From NCBI RefSeq assembly GCF_009914755.1, contig NC_060935.1: a stretch of 64,000 nt of DNA, one strand, 5' to 3'. Below the pieces are notes generated by a model that was given only the letters and a program-made list of their open reading frames with translations, ran no database searches and was not told the DNA's origin. Positions 27,151 to 39,370 of this stretch are shown in pieces. This stretch comes from the human T2T-CHM13v2.0 reference genome, Homo sapiens. A program made the position numbers and the translations under genes. Each line of letters opens with the position of its first letter. Position 1 is the first letter of the stretch.

Positions 27151-29989
27151 TATTATATATGTCACCTCCACTTCTAGAAAATCTCCTGACCATGTATTAG
27201 GGGAGACAAAATAAAGCTGACCATGTTCCAGGAATTTCAATATAACATAACTATTTCGAAGCTGGATGGAATGTGGAGAAATCTTTTTCTGGCCCTTGCA
27301 GGCATGCTGTGCTCTCCCAGGGCGTGAGATTCGATTTTACCCAGTGAACATAACTGCAGGTATTAGTCCTGGAAATACAATTACCCATCTCAAGTATTTG
27401 ACTCAAGGACTTGGTTTAGCCTCTGATTCTACAGCTTGCCGACGGGCCACAAGAAATAAGCATTGTTATGTGACCTTCAAAACGTGACAGTTGAGTAGCA
27501 AAATAAATGATTCATTTAATGGGTTTAGATATACAGGGCCTTCCTCTGCTTCAGCACTGAGGTCTTATTTATGCCCTGGTCTTAACTGAGTTTCTTTGTG
27601 TGGAAGCTTTGAAAAGCCATTATGGTCAAAGCCTTTCACAGGATTTCTTATTAGAATGCTTTGAAATTTCTATGTAGAAAACAGAAGCAGTGAATCCGTT
27701 ATGTTTGTTGCATGAATGCCTTTAAAAAGCACTTAAAACAGACTATTGAATATTTGACACTGAGGAAATAACAAAAATTGAGGATAATCTGTATTTAATC
27801 TGGTTTTAAAATATACACTTTTGTAAGGTTTAGTGTGCCTTTTTTTTTACTTTTATCCAACAGATTACTCAATACACAATTTATTGAGTGTCTTTATATA
27901 CATGGCAGCATGCTAGAGATATTTAATATGAGATGGCAAAGACATGCATTTGATCTTCTGCAAGCTAAGAGTGGAGTAGATAAAATTATGTAATATGATT
28001 TTTACATGTTCATAGTGCAAAATTTGATTAAATAAATCAATGAATTCCAGCATCAAAAGAAGGGGTGGTGGAAGGAATAAGTCCATACCTCCTTATCTTC
28101 CTCAGGAAAAATTAGTTGGTGGCCAGAAATGTAATGAAATTGCCAAAATAATATGAAATTATCTGTGAGGTCAGTTGTGGTTCCTATTGTTCTTTGTTTT
28201 CCTCCAGACAGTCTTAGAGAATACAAATCTTCACCACATTAACTGGTAACCTCAACTGAGGGATGTCATGGCTGCTGCAGTTGGAATGAGGCGAGAATCC
28301 TGCTAACAGTCCAGTTATAGATAAGGAAAGTGTAACTGAATAAATCAAGTGATTACCCCTAATACGCAAAGCTAGGATTCACACATAGCTGTGCCAGACT
28401 GTGAGATCTGTGTGCTCTCCATATAACCATACTAACGTATCCACCTCATCCTAAAGCCACCTTCATCTCCTCCCTCCTTCACTATCTCCCAGCCACACGG
28501 TCTGCGTTACACGCTAACATGTCCACTGCAATCCAAAGACAGAATGTTTGAACATCAGAGGAGAAAGGTTCTTACAATATCACCCAGAGAACGCTCTTCT
28601 CCCCAGCGTTGTTTTAGATAGATGATGAGACCGAGGTCTAGAAAAGCAAGACTCGTCACAAACATTTCTATATGGTAACTGGTAGGAAACTAATGTCTCC
28701 CACTTTCTACTTCAGTTTCTCTCCCAGATATTCACTTTTACATGCAGTAAATTGTTTATCATCAATAGCATGTATTAGATGATATCTGGATAATCCCCCA
28801 CCTTACATTTTCAAAGTTTAAAAGTCTCAGAACCACACATGAAAAACTTTTATTATTATTTTTCATAATTCATGATCATTAAAATCCAGAATTAATAACT
28901 GCTAACTCATTGTTGTTACCACTATGCCTTGGCTGTCTTTTTATTCTTCAGTATCAGGAGTATTCTTGATTATATTTACTCACTCCAGAAAGATTCTGTT
29001 CAATTTCAGTATAATCTCCATTCAATATCAACTAGCTATGTGTCACACACAGCAGTGATATATAACTCAAGATGTGTACCACATTTACTAAAGATGCCCC
29101 CAGTTCCTACTATGTACTTGGCACTGTATATATGTGTATACATAAATACATGCACATTTTCTATACATATATAATTGTAAATGTATACATATACACAAAT
29201 AGAAAGATGTACACTTATTTAATTAAGAAATAAAGTATATATATCTTTCTATGTTCATATCATGTGATGTGATCCCTTTATTTAAAATTGCTGCACAAAT
29301 TTAATGTTAAAAATTGAAATAGCTGACATAAAATATTTATAATAATGCAAAATCTGAAGCAAATTTGTCCAAGTAAATAATATTTCATATATCCCCTAAA
29401 GTTTTACTTTGACTACAGTTACTAAATTCAATTTTTTATTCTGCTTTTATTTATTATTTAAGACCAAAACATAATGACATTAAACAAAGCTTTCCCTATG
29501 AGCATTGAAAAGCCAAATAAAAAAGCCAGAAAGTACAGTAGGAAGTTGTTCCAGACCTGAAGACTGGCAGGAAAGAAGACTGAAACTTTTAACATCAAAC
29601 TCCAACGCAGAATAGATTGAAGGGAGGGTAGGGCAGATAAGAGAGACCAGAGGAAATCCTTTTTGAATTTCAGAGAAACTAATTAAGAAATTGGCTTTCC
29701 AGAAAAACATAACCAACAAACAATTTAAAACAAGTCAAAGATAGATCAAGCTGGGGCCTGTTTTAGCATCATTTTCCTCAGTACTTGAAATAATAACAGG
29801 TGACTGTTTAATACTTATGATAATTAGATATACTCCTAGCTGTAAATCTATGTTCGATGAGTATCCTTCTCCTAGTTTCTTCTTGAATGGTGCGTGCCAA
29901 ATTTAAAAAAAAAAAAGTCGTGTTCTTCTCCCCACTATGATCACAGTGGTCTTTGGTATTCTATGCTACTTTTATTAATTACCATTTAA

Positions 29990-30240
29990 TACTAGCCCAG
30001 TACAAAAGCATCATAGATCTATTCATATAAACCCAGCATTATGCTGGATACTTGGTGAGCATTATTGAACTTAATTCTCACAGAAGTTCTGTGAGGTGAG
30101 TCATGTTAGGGTCTCAATTTTATAGATGATTAAAGAGGAATATAGAGTTAAAGCAACTTACTTTATCAGTTGCACAACTGACTAATGTCAAATGGGGTCA
30201 CAAACCAAGGCCTCTTACATGCAGCGCCTTTAACCACCAG
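29990..30240 (-). repeat. MIR
   Basis: ttaattctcacag...ttttatagatga...gttaaagcaactt. Confidence 0.55.
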
Positions 30241-30803
30241 TCTCATTTTCTAAAGAAAACATTCAAAGGGGAGGCTTACAAATGCAGATTTCAATTAAAC
30301 ATGCACAATAAAGAAAACCACCATAAAATATAATTTCTAGCACTTAGAGTCTCTATGTTCCACTTCTGCTTCAAGTTTTAAGGAAGAGAGAATCCCTGAA
30401 TCCCTTCTCAAGCCATTGGACTACTGGCCTTGCCCTTAAACCTGGAAGTTGTACCTACTCTTAAAAGCACTCAGTTCAACCTTTGGGGGATTATAAAAGA
30501 AAAGTTGACCAAAAATAATCTCTACTTCTCTAGCTGCATTAAGGGACCCAATTTAAGTGGATTGAGGTGTCAAAATTCACATAACAATTCACATCAGAAA
30601 AGGCCTTAAATGTCAATTTATCTTTGCAGTGAGAGTACCTTGGAGCAAAAATTGAGTGAAGACATCCCAGTGCAATAACCTCCCTTAGCCAAGAGCTCCT
30701 CTGAAGCACTGTTAATGTCTCCTTCATTTCACAGACACTAAAGAGCAAAATTAATTTTGCAGTCAGTGGGCATGCTGTCTCCCCTCTCTAAAGGTACTCA
30801 GCC

Positions 30804-31172
30804 TGTACTAGTTTGCTAGGGCTGCCATAACAAAGTACCACCGACTGGGTAGCTTAAACAGAAATGTAGTTTTTCTCAATTCTGGAGACTAGAAGTCCAA
30901 GATTAAAATGTTGCCTGGGTTGAATCCTTACGAGGACTCTCTCCTTGACTTGTAGGTAGTTGTCTTCTAGCTGTGTCTTCATAGAATCATCCTTCAGTCT
31001 GTGTGCGCACATGTCCTAATCTCCTCTTAAGGACACTCTCAAAATGAAGTAAAATAACCTCATTTTACTTTAGTCCCCTCTTTAACCCTATGTCCATTAT
31101 ATAGTCACATTCTGAGGTACTGGGGGTAGAGCTTCAGCACGAATTTTGAGAAATATGGTTCAGCCCATAACA
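30804..31172 (-). mobile_element. MLT1A/B-like MaLR solo LTR
   Basis: TGTACTAGTTTGCTAGGGCTGCCATAACAAAGTACC...CAGCCCATAACA; near-TSD CAGCC/CTGCC. Confidence 0.85.
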
Positions 31173-32529
31173 CTGCCCACTGAAATAACCCCAGTTTTTT
31201 TATTTTTCTGTTTCATTGCCTCTACAGGTTCCAATTCATGCTTTACAGCCTATTTTTTTCATTCAACTGTCCTTCCCCGCAGTCCTCAATCCCCATCCCT
31301 GCTTCACCATCTAGTGATGAAACTTAGTGCAGTTTTTGCACTTCCAGTTTATGGGGGTGAGTCCTGAGAATTAGCACATGCCCTCAACAATGAAATGAAA
31401 TGGAATACAATTTGCCCTTGTAGGGCAAAGACTTAAACTTCTGTCTCTTGAAGAGAAATCTACAAGGATGGAACGCGAGAGCCAGTGGAGGACATTTTAT
31501 AGCCAGGAAGGGCAAGTCTGAGAATAAAGTAGGAGAACAGAGCAGACTCAAAATACTGACAGTATAGAATGTTGGTAATACTTTTTGAGGCTCTGGATCA
31601 AAGTGGGTCTCAGATCAAAATTATACCCAATCTTTTCCATCACATAAGTTAACGATATTCCTTTTGCTTTATCCATTTGAAGATCGGCTACTTACAATTC
31701 TCAACAGAAAGAATACTAACTAGGAAAACAGTCTCACATATTAATAGAAGAAAAAGACAATGACAGCTTAGGAATAGGCTGCAAAAATAAATTAAGAAAG
31801 TTTTCTTTTCTGTACCTTCTGTTTACCCTACACAGACAGACTTTTGTGCTAAGCTTCTGAAAGTCAAAATTACTTAATTAATTCAACAATTGTCTACAAA
31901 ATGCTTACTATGAGTAAGGCATTGTGCTGTAGCACTCATTCTCAACAGGGGTGATATGGCTCAACATGGACAAAAATGAGTTCTTCTGGAGATGGAAACA
32001 TCTTACTTTGTTATGTTTAAGTACAGATAGGCATACAATGTATAAATTGGTATGAAATATATTGATGGTATTAAAATTTAGTGGGAAAGAAGGGGGCAAC
32101 TAGGAGAAATGTCCAAAAAAGGCTTTTTAGGAGAGCAATAATGCAAAAACGGGGGATAGGGTGAGGCAATATTGTGCTAGTGAAAGTTCAGAGAGATGTA
32201 CATATAAACAAATGTGGGTCCCATAGGCTCTGCAATAGAGAAATCTACAAGGTACAATAAAAACCAAAGGAGAAAGCATTTTCAATCCTACAGAGACAGA
32301 GGATTGAATATAGAGTCAAAATAGTTACATAGAAAAATTATACTTTATCTTACACTGAAAGCCTAGTGATCAAGGAGAAAGCACATCCCTGCCAGACAGA
32401 CTGATGGAAGCAGAAGTGCAGAAGTAGAGAAGTAAATATTAAAGAGCCTAGCTCAGTGGGTCTGGAATCTGGGCTATGAAAGGGAAGGCAGGCAACAAGG
32501 AAGGCAGGTATATCAGGCAGAAATATTTT

Positions 32530-32990
32530 ATTAACAGTGGATTAAACATATAAAATTTTTTCTTCTCTCTTAAAAATTCTGGAGATAGAAAACTTTGGCT
32601 TCAATTCAGTAGCTAAAAGATGTCAGCATTGGCATCTCTGAAATTCCCTTTGCCTTCTCCTCTATGCTTGTCACTTCATCTTCACAAAGTGCCTGGGGCT
32701 GCTCCAGACATCCATGTTTAAGGCAGGAAAATGGAGAAATTGCATATATTTTATACATCTATCTGCTTTTATCAGGAAAGTAAAAGCTTTCCCTGAAAAA
32801 CATCTCCCTCCCTACCCATTTGACTCATTGAACCAATATGGGTCACTCAGTCACCCCCAATCACAAGGGAAACTGGGAAAATGGAGAACAGAATTGTCAT
32901 AACTGGTGTAGATTAAATATTCCAACGCCTAGAGACAGCCACATTGCTGCTACAAATTTAATCTTAGTACTGTTTGAAAGAAATACGTGG
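32530..32990 (-). repeat. Old MaLR LTR (MLT1K/L-like)
   Basis: gctgctccagacatc...aagggaaactgggaaaatggag...ccacattgctgc. Confidence 0.45.
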
Positions 32991-33017
32991 AAATAGATAT
33001 CAGTGTCTGCCTCAGCC

Positions 33018-33141
33018 AAATACATACAAATATATATACACACACATACATCTTTATATACATATTCACATATGTACATATATACATGCATAAACATGCA
33101 TATATATTACATATGTGCATATACATATGTATACATATATA
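33018..33141. repeat. Degenerate (TA/CA)n microsatellite
   Basis: Directly visible alternating purine-pyrimidine tract. Confidence 0.85.
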
Positions 33142-33516
33142 GTTTTAGAATAAGAAATAAATGATCAAAGAGAAACTCATAATTTAGCTCTCTGAAGCTA
33201 AGACTAGGTATAAAATAAAATTCCAATGTACTTTTGAAATTTTATTATTATAGAGGTGATACAATTATTGGTGATTTTTATATTCCTTCTCATATTTCCA
33301 AATTTTTATTGTAGATATGTTTTAGTTATATAACCATGAAAAATAGAATATTAAAAAATACTAGTTCCCAATGAAATGTTTGCCTAGGGAATGGAGTAGG
33401 CCATTTTTAAGAGCTAAGCTGGTACATAAATGAAGGAGAGCATACTGAGGTAATTGTGCCAGAACACATAGAAAAGATGGAAAATAATTAGTGAGGCACA
33501 AGAGGTTAGAATCATT

Positions 33517-34020
33517 AAGTGGTTTTCTGAAGCCAATTTATACCGGGTTCCTGAGGGCCAATTGCTCAAGTTTGTGGAATTTTTAAAGTCAAAATTGTTG
33601 TCAAAAAGAGCTCTTATTAAAAATTAAGTTATATGTAAATTTACAATTAAATAAATGAAGGCAACAAATAATATCATCACTTTCTAATTATTTTGCTACA
33701 TTTTACTATTATCTATGTTCTTAAGTCTATTGCATTAATATGGTGAAAATACTAGACAAGAGTGTGCTATGAGTATTTCTTCCTAACTTCATGCTCATTA
33801 ATATCATGTTGGTGGCCTGAAATAGGACGTGGCAGGAGACTGACAAATACTGCAAGTCAGGGCTTGATTATTGTTTTGCTGATTGTCTAGACTTCAGAAA
33901 GTGGTGGAAATGTTATCAAAAATTAAACTTAAATTGAGTCCTGTCTATAAAATAGTGCAAACATTTGAGAAAGTACTGTTCCATCAATATTACTGCAGTA
34001 ATTACCATCTAACTCTGAAA
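33517..34020 (+). mobile_element. MER63-like hAT-Blackjack fossil
   Basis: ttattaaaaattaagttatatgtaaatttacaattaaataaat and cagggcttg...gattgtctagactt match recalled MER63. Confidence 0.55.
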
Positions 34021-34039
34021 ACCTTTCTTTTTCCTTTCC

Positions 34040-34715
34040 ATTTAAAAAAAGCAAGGCTTCTTGATTCTTAAATAACTAAACCTGCAACTATAATACAATC
34101 TAGCAATGTGCTCCTGAGCATTTATCCTGGAAAGATGGAAATTTATCTTACACAAAAACTTGTACATGAATATGTTATAACATTTTTATTCATAACAGCC
34201 CAAATTTGGAAACAATCCAAGCATCCCTCTATGGCTGAATGGTTAAAACAACTGTGATACATCCATATCATCGAATGTTATTCTACAATAAAAATGAAGA
34301 AACTATTGATATGCAACAACCTAGGTGAATCTCTGGAGAGTTACGCTGAGTGAAAAATGCCAACCCGAAAAGTTACACACAGTATAATTCTATTTATACA
34401 GCATTCTAGAAATAAGAAAATTATAGAAATACAAACAGATTAATGGTTGCCAGGGGTTAAGGAGTGGGTGGGAGAAAGTGGGTGGTGTGGGCGTGGCTGT
34501 AGAAGGAAAACATGAGGGATCCTCGTGGTGATAGACGTGTTCTGTGTTTTGACTATTTCAATATCAGCGCTCTGGGTGTGCTGTTGTGCTATAGGTTTGC
34601 AGTATGTCTTCACTGACAAAACTGGATAAAATGTACCTGGAATCTTTCAATATTATTTCTTATAACAGCATGAGAATTTACAACTTTATCAAAATAAAAA
34701 GGTTAACTCAAAAAC
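34040..34715 (+). repeat. L1MC-type 3' end
   Basis: cacaaaaacttgtacatgaat...tggttgccaggggttaagg...catgagggatcctcgtggtgat...aaaataaaaa. Confidence 0.8.
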
Positions 34716-35039
34716 AGAAAGACATCCATTAGTTTATCTATTGCAGAAAAATAAAAAATTTGCAAGTTGAAAAAAATGGTTTCTTAATTCTTTTTTCCCT
34801 TTCTGGTTGTTCTACTCACTCTTGTATTCCCTCTTCTTTTCTCATTGCACATATTTCTCTTTAATTATATCATTTGTTCTCATATATCCAATTACCATGT
34901 GTATAATAAATTTTCAAAACATGTATTCTCTCTTCTCTTGAAACTCTAAACCTAACTACTGGCTGGTAATAAACCTTTGGTTATCATATAGTCATTAAAA
35001 ACAGCATGCCCAAAAATTAACGCAAAAGCTGTTTAGTAA

Positions 35040-36540
35040 AGACAGGCTTGTCTTTTCAATAAATTGTGTCTAAACAATTGGGTAACCATATATAAAAGAA
35101 AAGAAGTGAGGCAAGGAAGAAAGGAAAAGAGAAAAAAAAGAAATTTGATTTATACTTCTTACCTTATGCAAAAGTTAATTCAAATGGATTATGAACCTAA
35201 ATGTAATATATAAAGTTATAAAGTTTATAAAAGAGAATGTAAGCAAATATCTTTGTGACCTTGGGTTAAGCAAGATTTCTGGGATAAAATATCAGAAGCA
35301 TAGTTCAAAAACAAAAAAAGGTAAATTGGTCTTCATCAAAATTAAAAATACTTACTATATAAAATACACTGATAAGAGAATAGAAATGTAAGCCATAGAC
35401 AGGGAGAAAATCTTTGTAAGTCATAAATATGATTTTAAAAACATACCTATAATATACAAAGAGCAGTCAAAACTTAAAAAGAAATCAAACAACCCAATTT
35501 TTAAAAACTAGGTAAAATATTTGAACAGACACTTATTCATTATAAAAGATGGATGGATGGCAGATAAGCTCAAGAAAAGATGTTCAACATTATTAATCAT
35601 TATGAAAGTAAAAATTAAAACCACCATGAAATACAATTATAAACCTACCAGAAAGATATAAAATTGAAAACATGACCATACCAACAGTTGGCAAGGATGG
35701 AAAAAAATTTGAACTTTTATGTATTACTGATGGTAATACAAAATGGTACAAAATGGTATATTGGAAAACAATTTGGCAGTTTCTTTAAAAGTTACACAAA
35801 CACCTACTATCTAATCTGGCTATTACTTTCCTAGCTATTTTCCAAATGAAAAGAAAGCTTATATCTATGCAAAAACTTCGGTGTAAACATTCCAAGCAAC
35901 ACTGATAAATTACCTACTAAGTGAAAGAAGTCAACTAAAGAAGATTTCAGGCTGGACACCGTGGCTCATGCTTGTAACCCCAGCACTTTGGGAGGCCGAG
36001 ATGGGAGGATCACTTGAGTCCAGGAGTTCGAGACGAGCCTAGGAAACATAGTGAGAGCCCATCTTTACAAAAATAAAAATTAGCAGAACATGGTGATGTG
36101 TGCCTGTAGTCTGAGCTACTTGGGAGGCTGAGGTGAGAGGATCTCTTGAGCCCAGGAGTTAGAGACTATAGTAATCTATTATTATGCCACTGAATTTCAG
36201 CCTGGACAACAGAGCAAGGCCCTGTCTCAAAAAACAACAAAAAAAGAAGAATTCATAGCATATTTCTCATTTACATGAAATTCAAGAAAAAGTAAACTAA
36301 TCTAAAGTCATAGAAAGTACATCTATGATTGCCTTGAAACATCAGCATGGAAGAAGTGAAATGTAAAGAGAGGAAGAAAAGAGAGATTAAAAAGAGGTTC
36401 ACGGAAACTATTAAGGGTGATAGCTATGTTCTCTATTTTGATTGTGGTGAAGATTTCACAGGTCAAAACATCACATTACACTATTTAAAGGTATAGTATG
36501 TTGTATATCAATTAAACTTAAAAATAAAGAAGAAAATAAA
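35040..36540 (+). repeat. Old L1 (L1MD/ME-type) ORF2 end and 3'UTR, split by an Alu
   Basis: cttttcaataaattgtg...ttgaacagacactt...tggaaaacaatttggcagtttc. Confidence 0.75.
35950..36243 (+). mobile_element. AluJ
   Basis: ggaggatcacttgagtccaggagttcgag; imperfect TSD aagaagatttca/aagaagaattca. Confidence 0.92.
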
Positions 36541-37699
36541 GATCATAAGACAAATGTGACATGAGTGGGAGAATTGAACAAGATTGGATATAGACAAGAA
36601 AAAGGACTTTTTTTTCAGTATCATAGCATGAAAAGAGAATGTACTGAATGCAAATTCAGGTAAGTTTGCGGGTTTTATAGTGATTAGTTTTCTTCTTGTG
36701 TTTTGTTTTCCCTAAAAGGTATAAGGTGAGACTCTCTACTAAGGGAGTACATGGAAAATACAGGAAGATGTCTGAGATAGCCATAATGGAAAGTGGACAC
36801 AGTGGTGGTGGTGTTTCAACAGGGTAATCGTCTCTGATTTTTATGTTTGTGACAAATCCTCTTTAAGAAGTTCTTAAATTACCTTCTACCATTCCTTCAT
36901 AATCTGTTGCTGTCATTGCTTTACATATGTCCATGTATTTGTTTTACATCTTTCTCATGTGCTAGACTAGATGACAACATCTTCAAAAGGAAAAACTGCT
37001 TTTCCCTAACTTCTGTGTTCCCAATAGCATTCCAGCAAGTGCTAGTCAGACAGTAAGCCCTCAGGAGACAACCACTGAGTGAGTAACTAGGGAAACTTAT
37101 GGGAATCACCCAGCAACATTGAAGTGCAGAAGAGATCGAAAGCCATAATATGCCAGTGGTACCTATCTGCATGATTTTGTTATTTTATTTTCCAGCAGTG
37201 TTTGCTCAATCAGAGGTGGATACACACTGTAAAGAAAGACAGAAGAATTGTACCAGTTATTATTTCCAAGATGACAGGGCAGTGGAAGAATATTAGGCAA
37301 AGACATTGACGTGAGATAGATTACAAATGTGTTTTCACAGAGAAATCAGATTGAAGAAAGATTGAACTTTAACAGCTATAATTTTATAAATAACTGAAGG
37401 GATTCAATAAAAAAAAGCCATTGAAAATCACAGTTGATTATGAATGAACTGATTGGATATTGAATAATTGATTCTTTCCCTTAAATGGGTTATGTTAGGG
37501 AAAAATTAAAATAGAGTCCACTGTTGAATATCAAGTTTTTCCCCAATGCCACATTTTTATTATAACTTTAGTAAAATCATAAATGTCATAATGTACTTTT
37601 AATAAAAAATAAAACTTAGCATAGTGACATGAAGAAACCACGTGGGCAAAGCATGCATTTTAGGGGAACTCATGATAATTTTTTACCCCTTTGTGTTTT

Positions 37700-37960
37700 C
37701 TCATCCTTTAAATATGACTTTGAAGTTACTCCCATGCAAACTGTGATTTTTTTTCTTTGCTTCTTAAGTCTGGATTAGGCTTGAGGCTTTGCTTTGGCCA
37801 GTACCATGCGACAAAACTGAAAGGGTGCCAGTTCTAAGACTAGGCCTCAAGAGGCCTTGCACAGTTCCATTTTCTTGCACCTCTGCCTAAGCTAGCTTAC
37901 TAGAAGATAACAAACAAATGGAGTTAACCCAGTGGTAGCTATCCTAGACCAGTCGTTTCC
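37700..37960 (+). repeat. MaLR LTR fragment (MLT1-type)
   Basis: ttgctttggccagta...gtgccagttctaagactaggcctcaagaggccttg. Confidence 0.5.
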
Positions 37961-37995
37961 TCTGCTAATGGTCTTTGCAGAGAAAAGAAAGTAAC

Positions 37996-38495
37996 TATAA
38001 AGACACATGCACATGTATGTTTATTGTGGCACTGTTCCCAATAGCAAAGACTTGGAACCAACCCAAATGTCCATCAATTATAGATTGGATTAAGAAAATG
38101 TGGCACATATACACTATGGAATACTAATCAGCCATAAAAAGGATGAGTTCATGTCCTTTTCAGGGACATGGATGAAGCTGGAAACCATCATTCTCAGCAA
38201 ACTATCACAAGGACAGAAAATCAAACATGACATGTTCTCACTCATAGGTGGGAGTTGAACAATGAGGACACATGGTTACAGGACAGGGAACGCCACACAC
38301 CGGGGCCTGTTGGGGGGTGGGGGGGCTAGGGGAGAGATAGCATTAGGAGAAATACCTAATGTAAATGATGAGTTGATGGGTGCAGCAAACCAACATGGCA
38401 CATGTATACCTATATAACAAACCTGAATGTTGTGCACATGTACCCTAGAACTTAAAGTGTCATAAAATAAAGATATAAAATATTAAAAAAGAAAG
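37996..38495 (+). mobile_element. 5'-truncated L1PA (L1PA5-7-like) 3' end
   Basis: ORF2 C-terminal DNA, G-rich 3'UTR, gcattaggagaaatacctaatgtaaatgatgag, A tail. Confidence 0.92.
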
Positions 38496-38949
38496 AAAAA
38501 TGATGTAGCTAGAAATATGAATAATAATCCCAGGGAGTAAGGGCTACAAGGATGAAAAGACCAGGAAATGAGAAACAGGAGGGAGGATGCTAGTGCAGCA
38601 ATGACTGAATTCCTTCCCTGTTCAGATCTCATTTTAAAATGTGGAACAAAAAAATCATCTAACTCAGGAAAAGACCATTTTAAAGATGTACTCTCTTGTC
38701 ATACCTTTTGAAATAAATTTACTGTGCGTTTTGTACTTCTAACTTATTATTTTGACATTATGACACTTTCAGAAGATGTCTGACTACAGACTTATAAATG
38801 TGTTTTTAAATGCTGGGTATAATTTTTCTGCATATGTTTACACCATACTTTGTTTTGGCCATATGTTAACGACACCTGTTATGTTTAATCTATTCAGAAT
38901 CCATCCTATTTTCTGGTAATAGGTTCTCTACTTCCACTGGGAACTTCTT

Positions 38950-39370
38950 TCTTTAATGTTGGACTGGAGATGAACCCCACAGAAGTGAGCACAAACGCTG
39001 GCTTGGCCAATCAGAATATTGTATAACATAATTGGTTCAGGAGTAGACATGTGATTCAACCCATATAAAACAAGTCCTCCACAGGAGCTGTCTGCAGTAT
39101 TTACTGAGAAAGACAATTCTCACTGGAATACTAACCTGGTAAGATGTCAGTCTGAGGTGTCTGGAGCCATCCTACCCAATATTTATGAGACAGCTTTGAT
39201 GAGATATGGAGAGAAAGCGTGTGGATAATATTATGCAGGTCCTTGGATCCAGTCCTGCCTGGATGAAGCTTATGTGCCAATTCACTTTTTACATAGGTGA
39301 GCCAATGAATACCCTCTAATGCCTAACGCAGTTTCAACTGTGTTTCCATTTCTTATAACAAAATATATCA
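38950..39370 (+). repeat. Old MaLR LTR (MLT1J/K-like)
   Basis: ttggccaatcagaat...gattggttcagg-like, tggatccagtc...gtgagccaatgaataccc. Confidence 0.5.
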
